Positions 36,441 through 44,789 of a stretch of 64,000 nt of DNA are shown here, piece after piece. The notes beneath the pieces are model-generated. The model saw nothing but the letters and a program-made list of their open reading frames with translations, was not told the DNA's origin and did not search any database. Origin of the DNA: Bacilli bacterium. Lineage in GTDB: Bacteria > Bacillota_I > Bacilli_A > RFN20 > CAG-826. The position numbers and the translations under genes are program-made. Numbering within the stretch: position 1 is the first letter of the stretch; each line of letters begins with the position of its first letter. The stretch is taken from positions 81,201-145,200 of the forward strand of contig JAZLMH010000023.1 of assembly GCA_045598525.1 (NCBI GenBank). The letters are read 5' to 3'.

Positions 36441-37817
36441 ATGACCGAAAACATTATCCATAAAACATATAATTTGTCCTGTATTGATTTAAGCACAGAA
36501 GGAAAAGGAATTTGCAAACTAGATGGTCTAGTTGTTTTTGTTCCTGCCATGTTTCCTGGCGATGAAGGTGAAGTTGAAATAGATTACAAACGAAACGGTC
36601 AATATTTTGGAAAACTTAAGAGACTAAGCACGCTTTCGTCAGACCGCATAACCCCTCTTTGCAAGGTGTCTAGTGCGTGTGGAGGGTGCGTTTTTCAACA
36701 ATACGCTTATAAAGCTGAGTTGGAATATAAAAGAAGAAAAGTCGAAGACCAAATAAAGCGTTTTAGCGAAATTAATATAGACGTTCTCCCTACTTTGGGG
36801 ATGGAAGAACCTATTAATTACAGAAATAAAATCCAAGTTCCTTTTGGTAAGGATGACAAAGGAAAGATTTTCTATGGTTTCTATAAAGAGGGCACCCACT
36901 GCATAGTCCCAAGAAAGGAATGCTTTATCGAAGATAAACGAGCCCAGAAGATTCTTGACACATTAACGAAGATATTAAATGAACTTCACATAGATCCTTA
37001 TGATGAACATTCTGAGAATGGTTCTTTGAGATATGCGATGATAAGGACTTCTTATTATAAGAAGCAAATAATGCTTGTGCTTGTAACAAAAGATGCGTTT
37101 GTTCCAAAGAAGCCAATATTGATAGATAGGCTTTTAAAAGAGTGTCCTGAAATTACCTCGCTTGTTCAAAACGTTAATTCCGAGAAGACAAACGTTATCT
37201 TGGGAAGACGTTTCGTTAACCTCTTTGGCCCTGGCTACATCGAAGATTCTTTATGTGGAGTTAAATTTAAAATATCGGCAGAGAGTTTCTATCAAACAAA
37301 TCCAAGAATGACTGAAATCCTCTACAAAACCGCGATGGATTTTGCAGAACTTTCCAAAAACGACACTGTTTTAGACGCATATTCGGGGATTGGCACAATC
37401 GGTTTAATTGCAGCTTCGAAAGTGAAAAAAGTAATCTCTGTTGAGCTTGTTGAGGAAGCAGTAAAAGACGCCGTTAAGAATGCAAAGAATAATAAGATTA
37501 CGAACTTTGATGCTTATAATGACGATGCTACTTTATTTATTTCAAGAATGGCCAATAGAAAAGAGCGCTTGGACGTTTTGTTTATGGATCCTCCTAGAAA
37601 AGGATCAACCGAAAAATTTTTGAAGGCTGCAATGGCTTTGCAACCAAGCAAGATTGTATATGTTTCGTGCAATCCATCTACTTTGGCAAGAGATTTAAAT
37701 ATGCTTAAGGCTAAATATAAACTAGAAAGAGTACAACCGGTTGATGAATTTGGTAGAAGCTACCACGTAGAAACGGTGTGCCTTTTATCTAAACGGCAGC
37801 AAGATAAAGGAGAATGA
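36441..37817 (+). CDS. rlmD: 23S rRNA (uracil-5-)-methyltransferase, RumA/RlmD family
   Basis: TRAM N-terminus, Fe-S cysteines CKVSSACGGCVFQ, FMDPPRKG, VSCNPSTLARD. Confidence 0.92.
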   Translation: MTENIIHKTYNLSCIDLSTEGKGICKLDGLVVFVPAMFPGDEGEVEIDYKRNGQYFGKLKRLSTLSSDRITPLCKVSSACGGCVFQQYAYKAELEYKRRKVEDQIKRFSEINIDVLPTLGMEEPINYRNKIQVPFGKDDKGKIFYGFYKEGTHCIVPRKECFIEDKRAQKILDTLTKILNELHIDPYDEHSENGSLRYAMIRTSYYKKQIMLVLVTKDAFVPKKPILIDRLLKECPEITSLVQNVNSEKTNVILGRRFVNLFGPGYIEDSLCGVKFKISAESFYQTNPRMTEILYKTAMDFAELSKNDTVLDAYSGIGTIGLIAASKVKKVISVELVEEAVKDAVKNAKNNKITNFDAYNDDATLFISRMANRKERLDVLFMDPPRKGSTEKFLKAAMALQPSKIVYVSCNPSTLARDLNMLKAKYKLERVQPVDEFGRSYHVETVCLLSKRQQDKGE

Positions 37818-37821
37818 TTGC

Positions 37822-38580
37822 GTGGTTTTTGATTTTCTCAAAACTTTGAAATGTATTTATGAGGATGAAGCTTCTGATTATGAAGATATCCTTAGTGAAC
37901 TGACAAAAAAAGACTACCATGTAGCGTTAATGCCTGCGATTTTCTGGGATGGAGGCATTTGCAATTTGTTTGATCAAAAAGCCGCCTCCTTTGGTAAAGA
38001 TTTGATATGGATAATGCCTATAGGACAGGCAAATTTTTGTTGGCTTCGCTCTCTCAGAGAAAAAATTATCGGATTTTACAAAACCGACAAAATAGAATTT
38101 AACAAAAGCGGCCATCCCGGCTTCCCAGGAGTGTCTTTTGAAGAATTCGAAGAATGCATTCTTTTGCGTTCTGATGACTTAGAGAGTTGTTCAGAACACA
38201 CGATTTTAGGGGCAAACATCATATTAATTCGACTCGGTCTTTCTAGTGGTAGAGACGCATTGCTTTTTATTGTTTTAGCCCATCAAGATGATTGTTGGGA
38301 AAAAATCATTGAAAAATATGGTGTTTCTTTAAAATGGCTTGTTGATTCTGGACGTGGAATGGGCGATTACTACGTTTGGACGAGGCTGTATAAATTGATG
38401 CAAAACACACCATATCCGGAAATTCTTCCAACTCTATATTTTAAAGGCTTGTATAACAAGGGTGACGTTCCTGAAAGCTTCAAATTTAGTTATTCTATGT
38501 TTGGCGACCCGGATTCTGATGGGCTCGACGACACTTGGCAGTTATTCTCCGCCGTTTATAACACAGGATGGAACGATTAA
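37822..38580 (+). CDS. Hypothetical cytoplasmic protein (252 aa, acidic, Trp/Cys-rich), no family recognised
   Basis: GTG start 4 nt after the rlmD stop with AAAGGAGA SD. No TM segment or signal peptide. No motif I can place. Confidence 0.6.
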   Translation: MVFDFLKTLKCIYEDEASDYEDILSELTKKDYHVALMPAIFWDGGICNLFDQKAASFGKDLIWIMPIGQANFCWLRSLREKIIGFYKTDKIEFNKSGHPGFPGVSFEEFEECILLRSDDLESCSEHTILGANIILIRLGLSSGRDALLFIVLAHQDDCWEKIIEKYGVSLKWLVDSGRGMGDYYVWTRLYKLMQNTPYPEILPTLYFKGLYNKGDVPESFKFSYSMFGDPDSDGLDDTWQLFSAVYNTGWND

Positions 38581-38681
38581 AAGATTTGTCAACGCGGACA
38601 GATTAACCCCTTATCGCCAAAAATCTGGTTTAATCACCATTTGTTGTTTATTTCAAATTTAAAATGGATAAAGAAATTAGT

Positions 38682-39503
38682 TTATTTTTTCTTTTTTCTA
38701 CGAACGCTTTTTACTACGCCTACGATAACCAAGACAACGAGTAAAATAAACAAGACAACAAGCAATCCAATAAGGCCTATTAAGAACATAGACGCGCCTG
38801 CTAGGGCCGTACCAATTTTTCCAATGGCGCCTACCACCCCTTCATGGCTTGCCGTCAATTTCGTTTGAAGAAGCTTGATATTTGTTAATTTAAGGTCTGA
38901 TAAATCCACTTTTTTGTTTAAATAAAAAGTGTGAGATTCTGATTGGATCGAATTTCCGTAGAAACTATATTGCTCGCCATCCGCACTAATCGTATAAACA
39001 ATATGCTCTTTGCCAGTGTAGTTGAATGGACGTTTATAGAATTTATACTTATATACGCTGTCTTCAGGGTTTTGTGATGCTTTCTCACAGGAAACCCAAA
39101 TGGTATCTTCGAACTCAACGGTTTTACTAATAGTCACGTAATTCTGACACGAGAGCGATGGAGAGAAAGTTTCAGGCTGATAATAAGGAACGTTAAAATA
39201 AATACTTATTTTTTGGTTTGGAAATATAGCAAGGTTTCTATCGGCTAGAAGAGGCTTTGATGTTTTCTTTGTCTCGCTATATTCGTATTCAAGCAAAAAA
39301 GATGAGGCATCAATATAATTGTGGCTTTTGTTGAATATATCCAACTGATATGTTTTTTCGTCATCTAAAAAATGGCCGTTTTCATACACATAAGAAGAAG
39401 GGCTTAAATCTCTTTTTTCAGGATAATTAGTTTCTTTTTGTGTAATGCGTGTGCCAATCGCCAATGGTATAGACGACACAAGCAGCAATGCTTTTAAATT
39501 CAT
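38682..39503 (-). CDS. Hypothetical type-I membrane protein (N-terminal signal/anchor, about 200-aa ectodomain, C-terminal TM, RRKKKK tail)
   Basis: MNLKALLLVSSIPLAIG signal. C-terminal GVVGAIGKIGTALAGASMFLIGLIGLLVVLFILLVVLVIVGVV. AGGTGA SD before ATG 39503. Confidence 0.6.
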   Translation of the reverse strand: MNLKALLLVSSIPLAIGTRITQKETNYPEKRDLSPSSYVYENGHFLDDEKTYQLDIFNKSHNYIDASSFLLEYEYSETKKTSKPLLADRNLAIFPNQKISIYFNVPYYQPETFSPSLSCQNYVTISKTVEFEDTIWVSCEKASQNPEDSVYKYKFYKRPFNYTGKEHIVYTISADGEQYSFYGNSIQSESHTFYLNKKVDLSDLKLTNIKLLQTKLTASHEGVVGAIGKIGTALAGASMFLIGLIGLLVVLFILLVVLVIVGVVKSVRRKKKK

Positions 39504-39610
39504 AAATTCACCTAATTTGGACAATTCATCCTAAAATAATCAAACAGATTTTTTCAAGCCTTGTTTTTTGAAATAAAGCATATGTTTCGCCACAAATTAG
39601 CTTTTAACGA

Positions 39611-39640
39611 GCAAAAAAGGCCAGTTTTTCGCTGGCCTTT
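39611..39640 (-). terminator. Rho-independent terminator after the lipoprotein gene
   Basis: Minus strand: AAGGCCAG-cgaaaaa-CTGGCCTT followed by TTTTTTG. Confidence 0.8.
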
Positions 39641-39655
39641 GGTTATTGTTTGTGA

Positions 39656-41371
39656 TTAAGCGGCAGGGGTCAATTTGAAGAAATCGATAGTTGGGGCTGC
39701 GGTGATTGCTTTGATTGAGATTGTGTTCTTTCCAGCAACGACAGCAACTTGACCTAATGCAATTTCCGTGAGTCTTGTTACGCTTGATTCAATTGTGCCT
39801 GTAACATTAAGTTTTGTCCCGTTAACTTTGAATTCAACGCCGTTTTCAAGGTCGACTTCAGAATATGAATAGGCACTTTCTGGTGTTCCAGCTCTTGCGA
39901 CCATGGATAAAGCCATGTTGCCAGCAGTAGCCATATCAAACTCAATTGTCAACGTAGCACCAGCTGGCCAAACGCCTGTAATGGCGCCGCTTGCTGCGGT
40001 GTTGGCTGATGGAGTTCTAAAAGCAATTTCTCCATCGGAGGCCACACCCGTTTCAGCTTCAACTCTAATTTCTCCAGCAACAATTTTTTCTTTAACTGTT
40101 ACAGCAACTCTTGTTGAGATCATACCTTCTTTCATTACTGTAATAGTGGCTGAACCTTTAGCAACGCCTGTTACAAGTCCCGTTTCTGAAACTGTCGCGA
40201 TTGCTTCGTTACTGCTTAAGAAACTGCACCCTTGGGTTGTCGTTTCGATCTGAATGGTTGCTTCTTCCTCAACTTCGACGGTTGCGTTTGCAACTGCGAT
40301 GGCTGTTTTCTCCGCCGCTTTATTAACGGTAATTGTTGTTGGTGTAGCAGCATAGATGACCAGATCGTCTAAGTATGGAGCCGATGCCAAGAATTCGATT
40401 GCGAGTGTGTTTTCGCCTTTTAATAGGTTGACTTCACCTAATGACACCCCTTGGAAAGCATAGTTTCCTGCGTCATCTCCAGGACTATATGATTTTCCTG
40501 TCATCGAAATTTCAGCGCCATTAAAGGTGGCCTTTTCAACCGTTCCTAAATCCTCAAATGCTGAATAGTTGCCCATTGTCACCACTAGCTCAGCTTTTAC
40601 AGCTGCGCTTGATGTGAATGTTAATGTTTCTTTGTCGCCTGCACCGAAATAAGCAACGCATGTCCCGTCGGAAGCTGAGTCTTTGCTATAAATAGGCGAT
40701 GCACCAGGGCCTCTTTCTGAACCCATGCTGACTGAAGACCACCATCCGTCAGCGGCAAAGTGATCGGCATCTTCCCAGTGTAGGGTAGCAGTTGGCGCTG
40801 GTCTAACGACTTTGAGTGTTACTGTGCCTGCTGCGAATCCTTGTTTTGTTGCTGTTATAACTACGTCTCCAGGTTTGACGGCTGTGACTAGCCCAGAAGT
40901 TGAAACTGTTGCAACTTCCTGGTTGCTTGTTGCCCAAGTAACGCCATCTTTATTAGCGGTTAATTGCAATGTTTCTCCGATAACGATGCTCGTTTTATTA
41001 TCTGTCGCAGTAACTAAAATCTTTTCTTCTTTAACGGTGATGTTGATCGTTCCGTCTTGGTATCCGTCTTTGTGCGCAATTATTGTTGCCTTACCTGCAG
41101 CAAGCGCTTTGACCAAACCATTTTGGTCAACGCTAACTACACCTTCTTCTTTTAGTGACCATGTGACACCTTCTATGGAAGAAGTTAACTGTAAATTCTC
41201 TCCAACGGTGATGGTTGTTTTGCTGTCAGCCGCAGTGATTTTGATTTTTTCGTCTTTCGTTTGGCTTGATGATGGTTCTTCTGGTTTGGTTGGAGCTCCA
41301 CAAGACGCAAGCCCTCCAAGAACCGATAATGACATCATGGCAAGCGGGATTAAAAATAATTTCTTTTTCAT
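39656..41371 (-). CDS. Surface lipoprotein: Big_2, Big_2, CBM-like, Big_2, CBM-like
   Basis: Lipobox GGLASC. Three Ig-like group 2 modules (e.g. ITVGENLQLTSS..VTWS...VSVDQNGLVKALAAGKATIIA). Two beta-sandwich modules of about 140 aa starting HWEDADHF / VEAETG and ending APYLDDLVIY / APTIDFFKL. AAGGAGG SD. Confidence 0.8.
   Translation of the reverse strand: MKKKLFLIPLAMMSLSVLGGLASCGAPTKPEEPSSSQTKDEKIKITAADSKTTITVGENLQLTSSIEGVTWSLKEEGVVSVDQNGLVKALAAGKATIIAHKDGYQDGTINITVKEEKILVTATDNKTSIVIGETLQLTANKDGVTWATSNQEVATVSTSGLVTAVKPGDVVITATKQGFAAGTVTLKVVRPAPTATLHWEDADHFAADGWWSSVSMGSERGPGASPIYSKDSASDGTCVAYFGAGDKETLTFTSSAAVKAELVVTMGNYSAFEDLGTVEKATFNGAEISMTGKSYSPGDDAGNYAFQGVSLGEVNLLKGENTLAIEFLASAPYLDDLVIYAATPTTITVNKAAEKTAIAVANATVEVEEEATIQIETTTQGCSFLSSNEAIATVSETGLVTGVAKGSATITVMKEGMISTRVAVTVKEKIVAGEIRVEAETGVASDGEIAFRTPSANTAASGAITGVWPAGATLTIEFDMATAGNMALSMVARAGTPESAYSYSEVDLENGVEFKVNGTKLNVTGTIESSVTRLTEIALGQVAVVAGKNTISIKAITAAPTIDFFKLTPAA
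40808..41245 (-). repeat. Tandem Big_2 domain duplication within the lipoprotein (aa ~43-113 and ~117-188)
   Basis: Parallel strings KTTITVGENLQLTSSIEGVTW / KTSIVIGETLQLTANKDGVTW and GLVKALAAGKATIIAHKDGY / GLVTAVKPGDVVITATKQGF. Confidence 0.7.
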
Positions 41372-41424
41372 AAAAGCCTCCTTGTTAGGTAATAGAAATT
41401 TCCAGCGTGCGCCTCTATTCGTGC

Positions 41425-41438
41425 GTTATCTCGATAAC
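41425..41438. promoter_or_regulatory. 14-bp perfect palindrome upstream of the lipoprotein gene (possible operator)
   Basis: GTTATC-tc-GATAAC, 54-67 nt upstream of ATG 41371. Confidence 0.3.
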
Positions 41439-41625
41439 AAAAATTTATTAATTGTAAATATTTTGAAATATGACAATTTTGCGAAAATCATGTGATATAA
41501 ATTATATTAAAACTACAAAAAGTACAAAAAACAAACACGCCATCTATACTTTTTGCGATGAGTTCATTTTTTCTTAAATAAACAATTTTCATTTGTTGGT
41601 CCCGTGCGTATATTGATACGGGTAG

Positions 41626-42333
41626 ATGCAAATGAACAATTTTAAAGTGATTTTATTTGACGTTGATGACACGTTACTAAGCTTCCAAGGATATGTTAAA
41701 CAATCCATGAAAGATGGTTTTGAACATTTTAATCTAGGAAAGTTTGAGGATTGGATGTACCCGGTTTTTACAAACATAAACGATAAGCTTTGGAGACAAA
41801 TTGAAGAAGGGACTTTAGCGTTTGAAGAGTTAAAGAGGATCCGTTGGTCCATGGTCCTTAAAGAAATAGGAATAGATTTTGATGGCGTTACATTTGAAAC
41901 ATATTTCAGGGAAAGGCTTTTCTATAGTGCAGTTCTCGAAGAAGGGACTGTAGAGATACTCGAATATCTCAGAGGACGCTATATGCTATGCGTCGTTAGC
42001 AACGGTCCGTACGAGCAACAAATTAACAGATTGAAAGTTGGCGGTTTAGATAAGTATTTTTCGCATGTGTTTATTTCAGGAAAAGTTGGTTATTCTAAAC
42101 CAACAAAAGAATTCTTTGATTGCTGTTTTAAGGAAATAAAAGAAAAAGAAATACCTGACTTAAAACCAGAGGAAGTAATGATAGTAGGCGATTCTATGAC
42201 CGCTGATATAGGGGGAGGAAAAGCATATGGACTTAAAACATGCCTATACGCTTATTACAAAGAACCTAAAAACGACACTTCCATAATCGATTATAAGATC
42301 AAGCGCCTGTTAGAGCTAAAGAAATTTCTCTAA
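41626..42333 (+). CDS. HAD-superfamily hydrolase (YjjG-like nucleotidase subgroup)
   Basis: ILFDVDDTLL (motif I), VVSNG (II), KP.KEFF...VGDSMTADIGGG (III/IV). Confidence 0.85.
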   Translation: MQMNNFKVILFDVDDTLLSFQGYVKQSMKDGFEHFNLGKFEDWMYPVFTNINDKLWRQIEEGTLAFEELKRIRWSMVLKEIGIDFDGVTFETYFRERLFYSAVLEEGTVEILEYLRGRYMLCVVSNGPYEQQINRLKVGGLDKYFSHVFISGKVGYSKPTKEFFDCCFKEIKEKEIPDLKPEEVMIVGDSMTADIGGGKAYGLKTCLYAYYKEPKNDTSIIDYKIKRLLELKKFL

Positions 42334-42345
42334 TCTAAACCTTAT

Positions 42346-42374
42346 AAGACGGCAGAACATGCCGTCTTTTGTTT
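42346..42374 (+). terminator. Rho-independent terminator after the HAD gene
   Basis: AAGACGGCA-gaaca-TGCCGTCTT followed by TTGTTT. Confidence 0.8.
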
Positions 42375-42388
42375 ACAAAAAATAAATT

Positions 42389-42451
42389 GCTAACACCGTT
42401 AGATAACTATTGACCTTATTAGAAATATAAATAAAATAACTAACAATGTTA
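42389..42451 (+). promoter_or_regulatory. Two 13-bp palindromes bracketing a putative promoter of the marR-ABC operon
   Basis: CTAACaccGTTAG at 42389-42401 and CTAACaatGTTAG at 42439-42451. -35 TTGACC 42409-42414, 16-nt spacer, -10 TAAAAT 42431-42436. Confidence 0.5.
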
Positions 42452-42475
42452 GGAAACTGGAAAGGAGGTAGCATT

Positions 42476-42922
42476 ATGGATATAAAAACAACAGAAAGCG
42501 TAATGGCGAGAATTCAAGAAAACGCCCCTTTGTCTTTCATGAGAAGCTTTAGGAAAAACAAAGAAGGGACGGGTTTTATTCTTAGCTATTTGTATATTCA
42601 TAAAGACCAAACAGTTTACTCCAAGGATTTGGCTCGAGATTGCAGACTTTCTACCGCAAGAATAGCCGCAGCCTTAAAAGGACTTGAGGAAGATAGGTAT
42701 ATTCAAAGAGAAACTTGCAAAAGCGATAAAAGAAAAACCGTGGTTAAACTTACCGAAAAAGGCGAGGAAAAATGTAACAAACTTAAAGAAGATATGCTTG
42801 GATTCTGCGGAAAAGTTATTGAAGAAATAGGTCTTGATAGGGTTAACGAGTATATAGCCTTGTGCAAAGATATAAATGATGCGGCACTTAAGATTTTAGG
42901 AAAGGAGAAATGCAATGTTTAA
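42476..42922 (+). CDS. MarR-family transcriptional regulator
   Basis: wHTH VYSKDLARDCRLSTARIAAALKGLEEDRYIQRETCKSDKRKTVVKLTEKG. AAAGGAGG SD before ATG 42476. Confidence 0.85.
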   Translation: MDIKTTESVMARIQENAPLSFMRSFRKNKEGTGFILSYLYIHKDQTVYSKDLARDCRLSTARIAAALKGLEEDRYIQRETCKSDKRKTVVKLTEKGEEKCNKLKEDMLGFCGKVIEEIGLDRVNEYIALCKDINDAALKILGKEKCNV

Positions 42923-44789
42923 GCTTTATAGAAACTTTAAAAAACGCGATTGGTTGCTTGTAGCCTTAATCCTTGGTTTCACCGTCCTTCAAGTCTGGTG
43001 CACCATGACGATTGTTGATTATGTTAGAGACGTTATAGAGTCAATTACCTTTGTTAATTACCACAACCACCCTGAACTTCTTGGCGAAGGCATTCCAGCA
43101 ATGCTCCAAGCTTTAGGCGGATGGGAAGGGATTATTAACTCAAGTATGCTTCCTGCTGAAATGGCAGAAGTTGTGGGGAAAATAGCAAAAGCATCTCAAG
43201 GCGACATTTGGATGAACGCTGGCTTAATGCTTGCGTTTGCGGGTTTAATGGTCCTTGTTCAGGCTATTATTTCCGTTTTAGCAAGCTACGTTTCGGCAGA
43301 TTTATCAACAACAGTTAGAACTAAGATTTATAGAAAAGTTGATCGTTTCTCTTTGCAGGAAATCAACGAATTCTCTACCCCAAGCTTGATCACCAGAACC
43401 ACAAATGACATCCAAAACGTCCAGATGACGAATGTCATGATGATGAGAATGGTCTTTGCGGCCCCTGTAACCGCCATCTGGGCGATTATTAAAATTCAGG
43501 CATCTAGTGTGGATTTAACCGTTGCAACATCTATTGCTGTTGCTGCCCTTCTTGTATTCATCACAATGATGATTATCGTTGTTCTTCCAAAATTCAAAGT
43601 TGTTCAAAAACTTATTGATAATATTAATGGTATTTCTCGTGAAAACCTTACTGGCATCAGAGTTATCAGAGCCTTTAACAAAGAAGAATACCAAACAGAA
43701 AAATTTGCTAAAGCAAATGACGAGCTAACAAAAGTGCACATCTTTACTGGAAGAGTCATGTCCTTAATGAGCCCTGTTATGATGGTCATCATGAACGGCA
43801 TTACTCTTGCGATTTACTGGCTTGGCGCATCATTGATTAACAAAGGTACAATTGATTACGCAACAGTCACGGCGTTCTCGACCTTAAGTTCGCAAATTAT
43901 CATGTCGTTCCTCATGCTCATGATGATGTTTGTCTTATGGCCAAGAGCCTCCGTTTGCGCAAGACGTATAAACGAAGCCTTAGAAAAGGAGCCTTCAATT
44001 GTTGATCCTCTTGAGGAAGAACAAACAACTTCAAAAGGCACCATAGAATTCAGAAACGTTTCTTTTAAATACCCTGATGGCGATCAAAACGTCTTAAGCA
44101 ACCTAGATTTCACAATCAAACAAGGTGAGACCGTTGCATTTATTGGTGCAACAGGTAGTGGAAAAACCTCCATTATTAACCTCATAACAAGGTTCTATGA
44201 TGCTACCGAAGGAGAAGTCATTGTTGATGGCGTAAACGTTAAAAATCTCAAGCAATCCACGCTTAGATCGTTCATCGGTCTTGTTCCACAGAAGGGTTTC
44301 TTATTCAAAGGATCAATAAAAGAGAATGTTGCTTTAGGCGACCCAAACATGAGCGAGGAAAACGTCATCGACGCATGTGGAGTTGCTGAAGCAAAAGATT
44401 TTATTGAGGCAAAAGAAAACAAATACGATTTTGAAATTTCTCAAGGGGGCACAAACGTGTCAGGCGGGCAAAGACAGAGGTTATGTATCGCTAGAGCCCT
44501 CGCCCTTCATAGAGAAATTTATATCTTTGACGATTCGTTCTCAGCTCTTGACTATAAGACCGATAAAAAGGTTAGGGCAAACCTCAAAGAAACAGACAAA
44601 GACTCAACCAAAGTTATTGTCGCTCAACGAATTGGAACAATCATGGACGCTGATAAGATTATCGTTATCGATAACGGAAAGATCGAAGGCGTCGGAACTC
44701 ATAAAGAATTGCTGAGCAACTGCAAGGTCTATTTAAACATTGCGTTGTCTCAATTATCTAAGGAGGAACTCGGATTATGCCAGGAATGA
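42915..44789 (+). CDS. ABC exporter permease/ATPase, half-transporter with a degenerate catalytic site
   Basis: 6-TM domain, Walker A GATGSGKTS, signature VSGGQRQR. Walker B is IYIFDDS, with Asp replacing the catalytic Glu. Confidence 0.9.
   Translation: MFKLYRNFKKRDWLLVALILGFTVLQVWCTMTIVDYVRDVIESITFVNYHNHPELLGEGIPAMLQALGGWEGIINSSMLPAEMAEVVGKIAKASQGDIWMNAGLMLAFAGLMVLVQAIISVLASYVSADLSTTVRTKIYRKVDRFSLQEINEFSTPSLITRTTNDIQNVQMTNVMMMRMVFAAPVTAIWAIIKIQASSVDLTVATSIAVAALLVFITMMIIVVLPKFKVVQKLIDNINGISRENLTGIRVIRAFNKEEYQTEKFAKANDELTKVHIFTGRVMSLMSPVMMVIMNGITLAIYWLGASLINKGTIDYATVTAFSTLSSQIIMSFLMLMMMFVLWPRASVCARRINEALEKEPSIVDPLEEEQTTSKGTIEFRNVSFKYPDGDQNVLSNLDFTIKQGETVAFIGATGSGKTSIINLITRFYDATEGEVIVDGVNVKNLKQSTLRSFIGLVPQKGFLFKGSIKENVALGDPNMSEENVIDACGVAEAKDFIEAKENKYDFEISQGGTNVSGGQRQRLCIARALALHREIYIFDDSFSALDYKTDKKVRANLKETDKDSTKVIVAQRIGTIMDADKIIVIDNGKIEGVGTHKELLSNCKVYLNIALSQLSKEELGLCQE

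Noticed and set aside
39903-41495. Long plus-strand ORFs (116 aa and 227 aa) over the lipoprotein gene.
   Set aside because: Antisense to a Thr/Val/Ala-rich coding region, whose codon composition suppresses stop codons on the opposite strand. The minus-strand product has a lipobox, an SD and repeated Big_2 modules.
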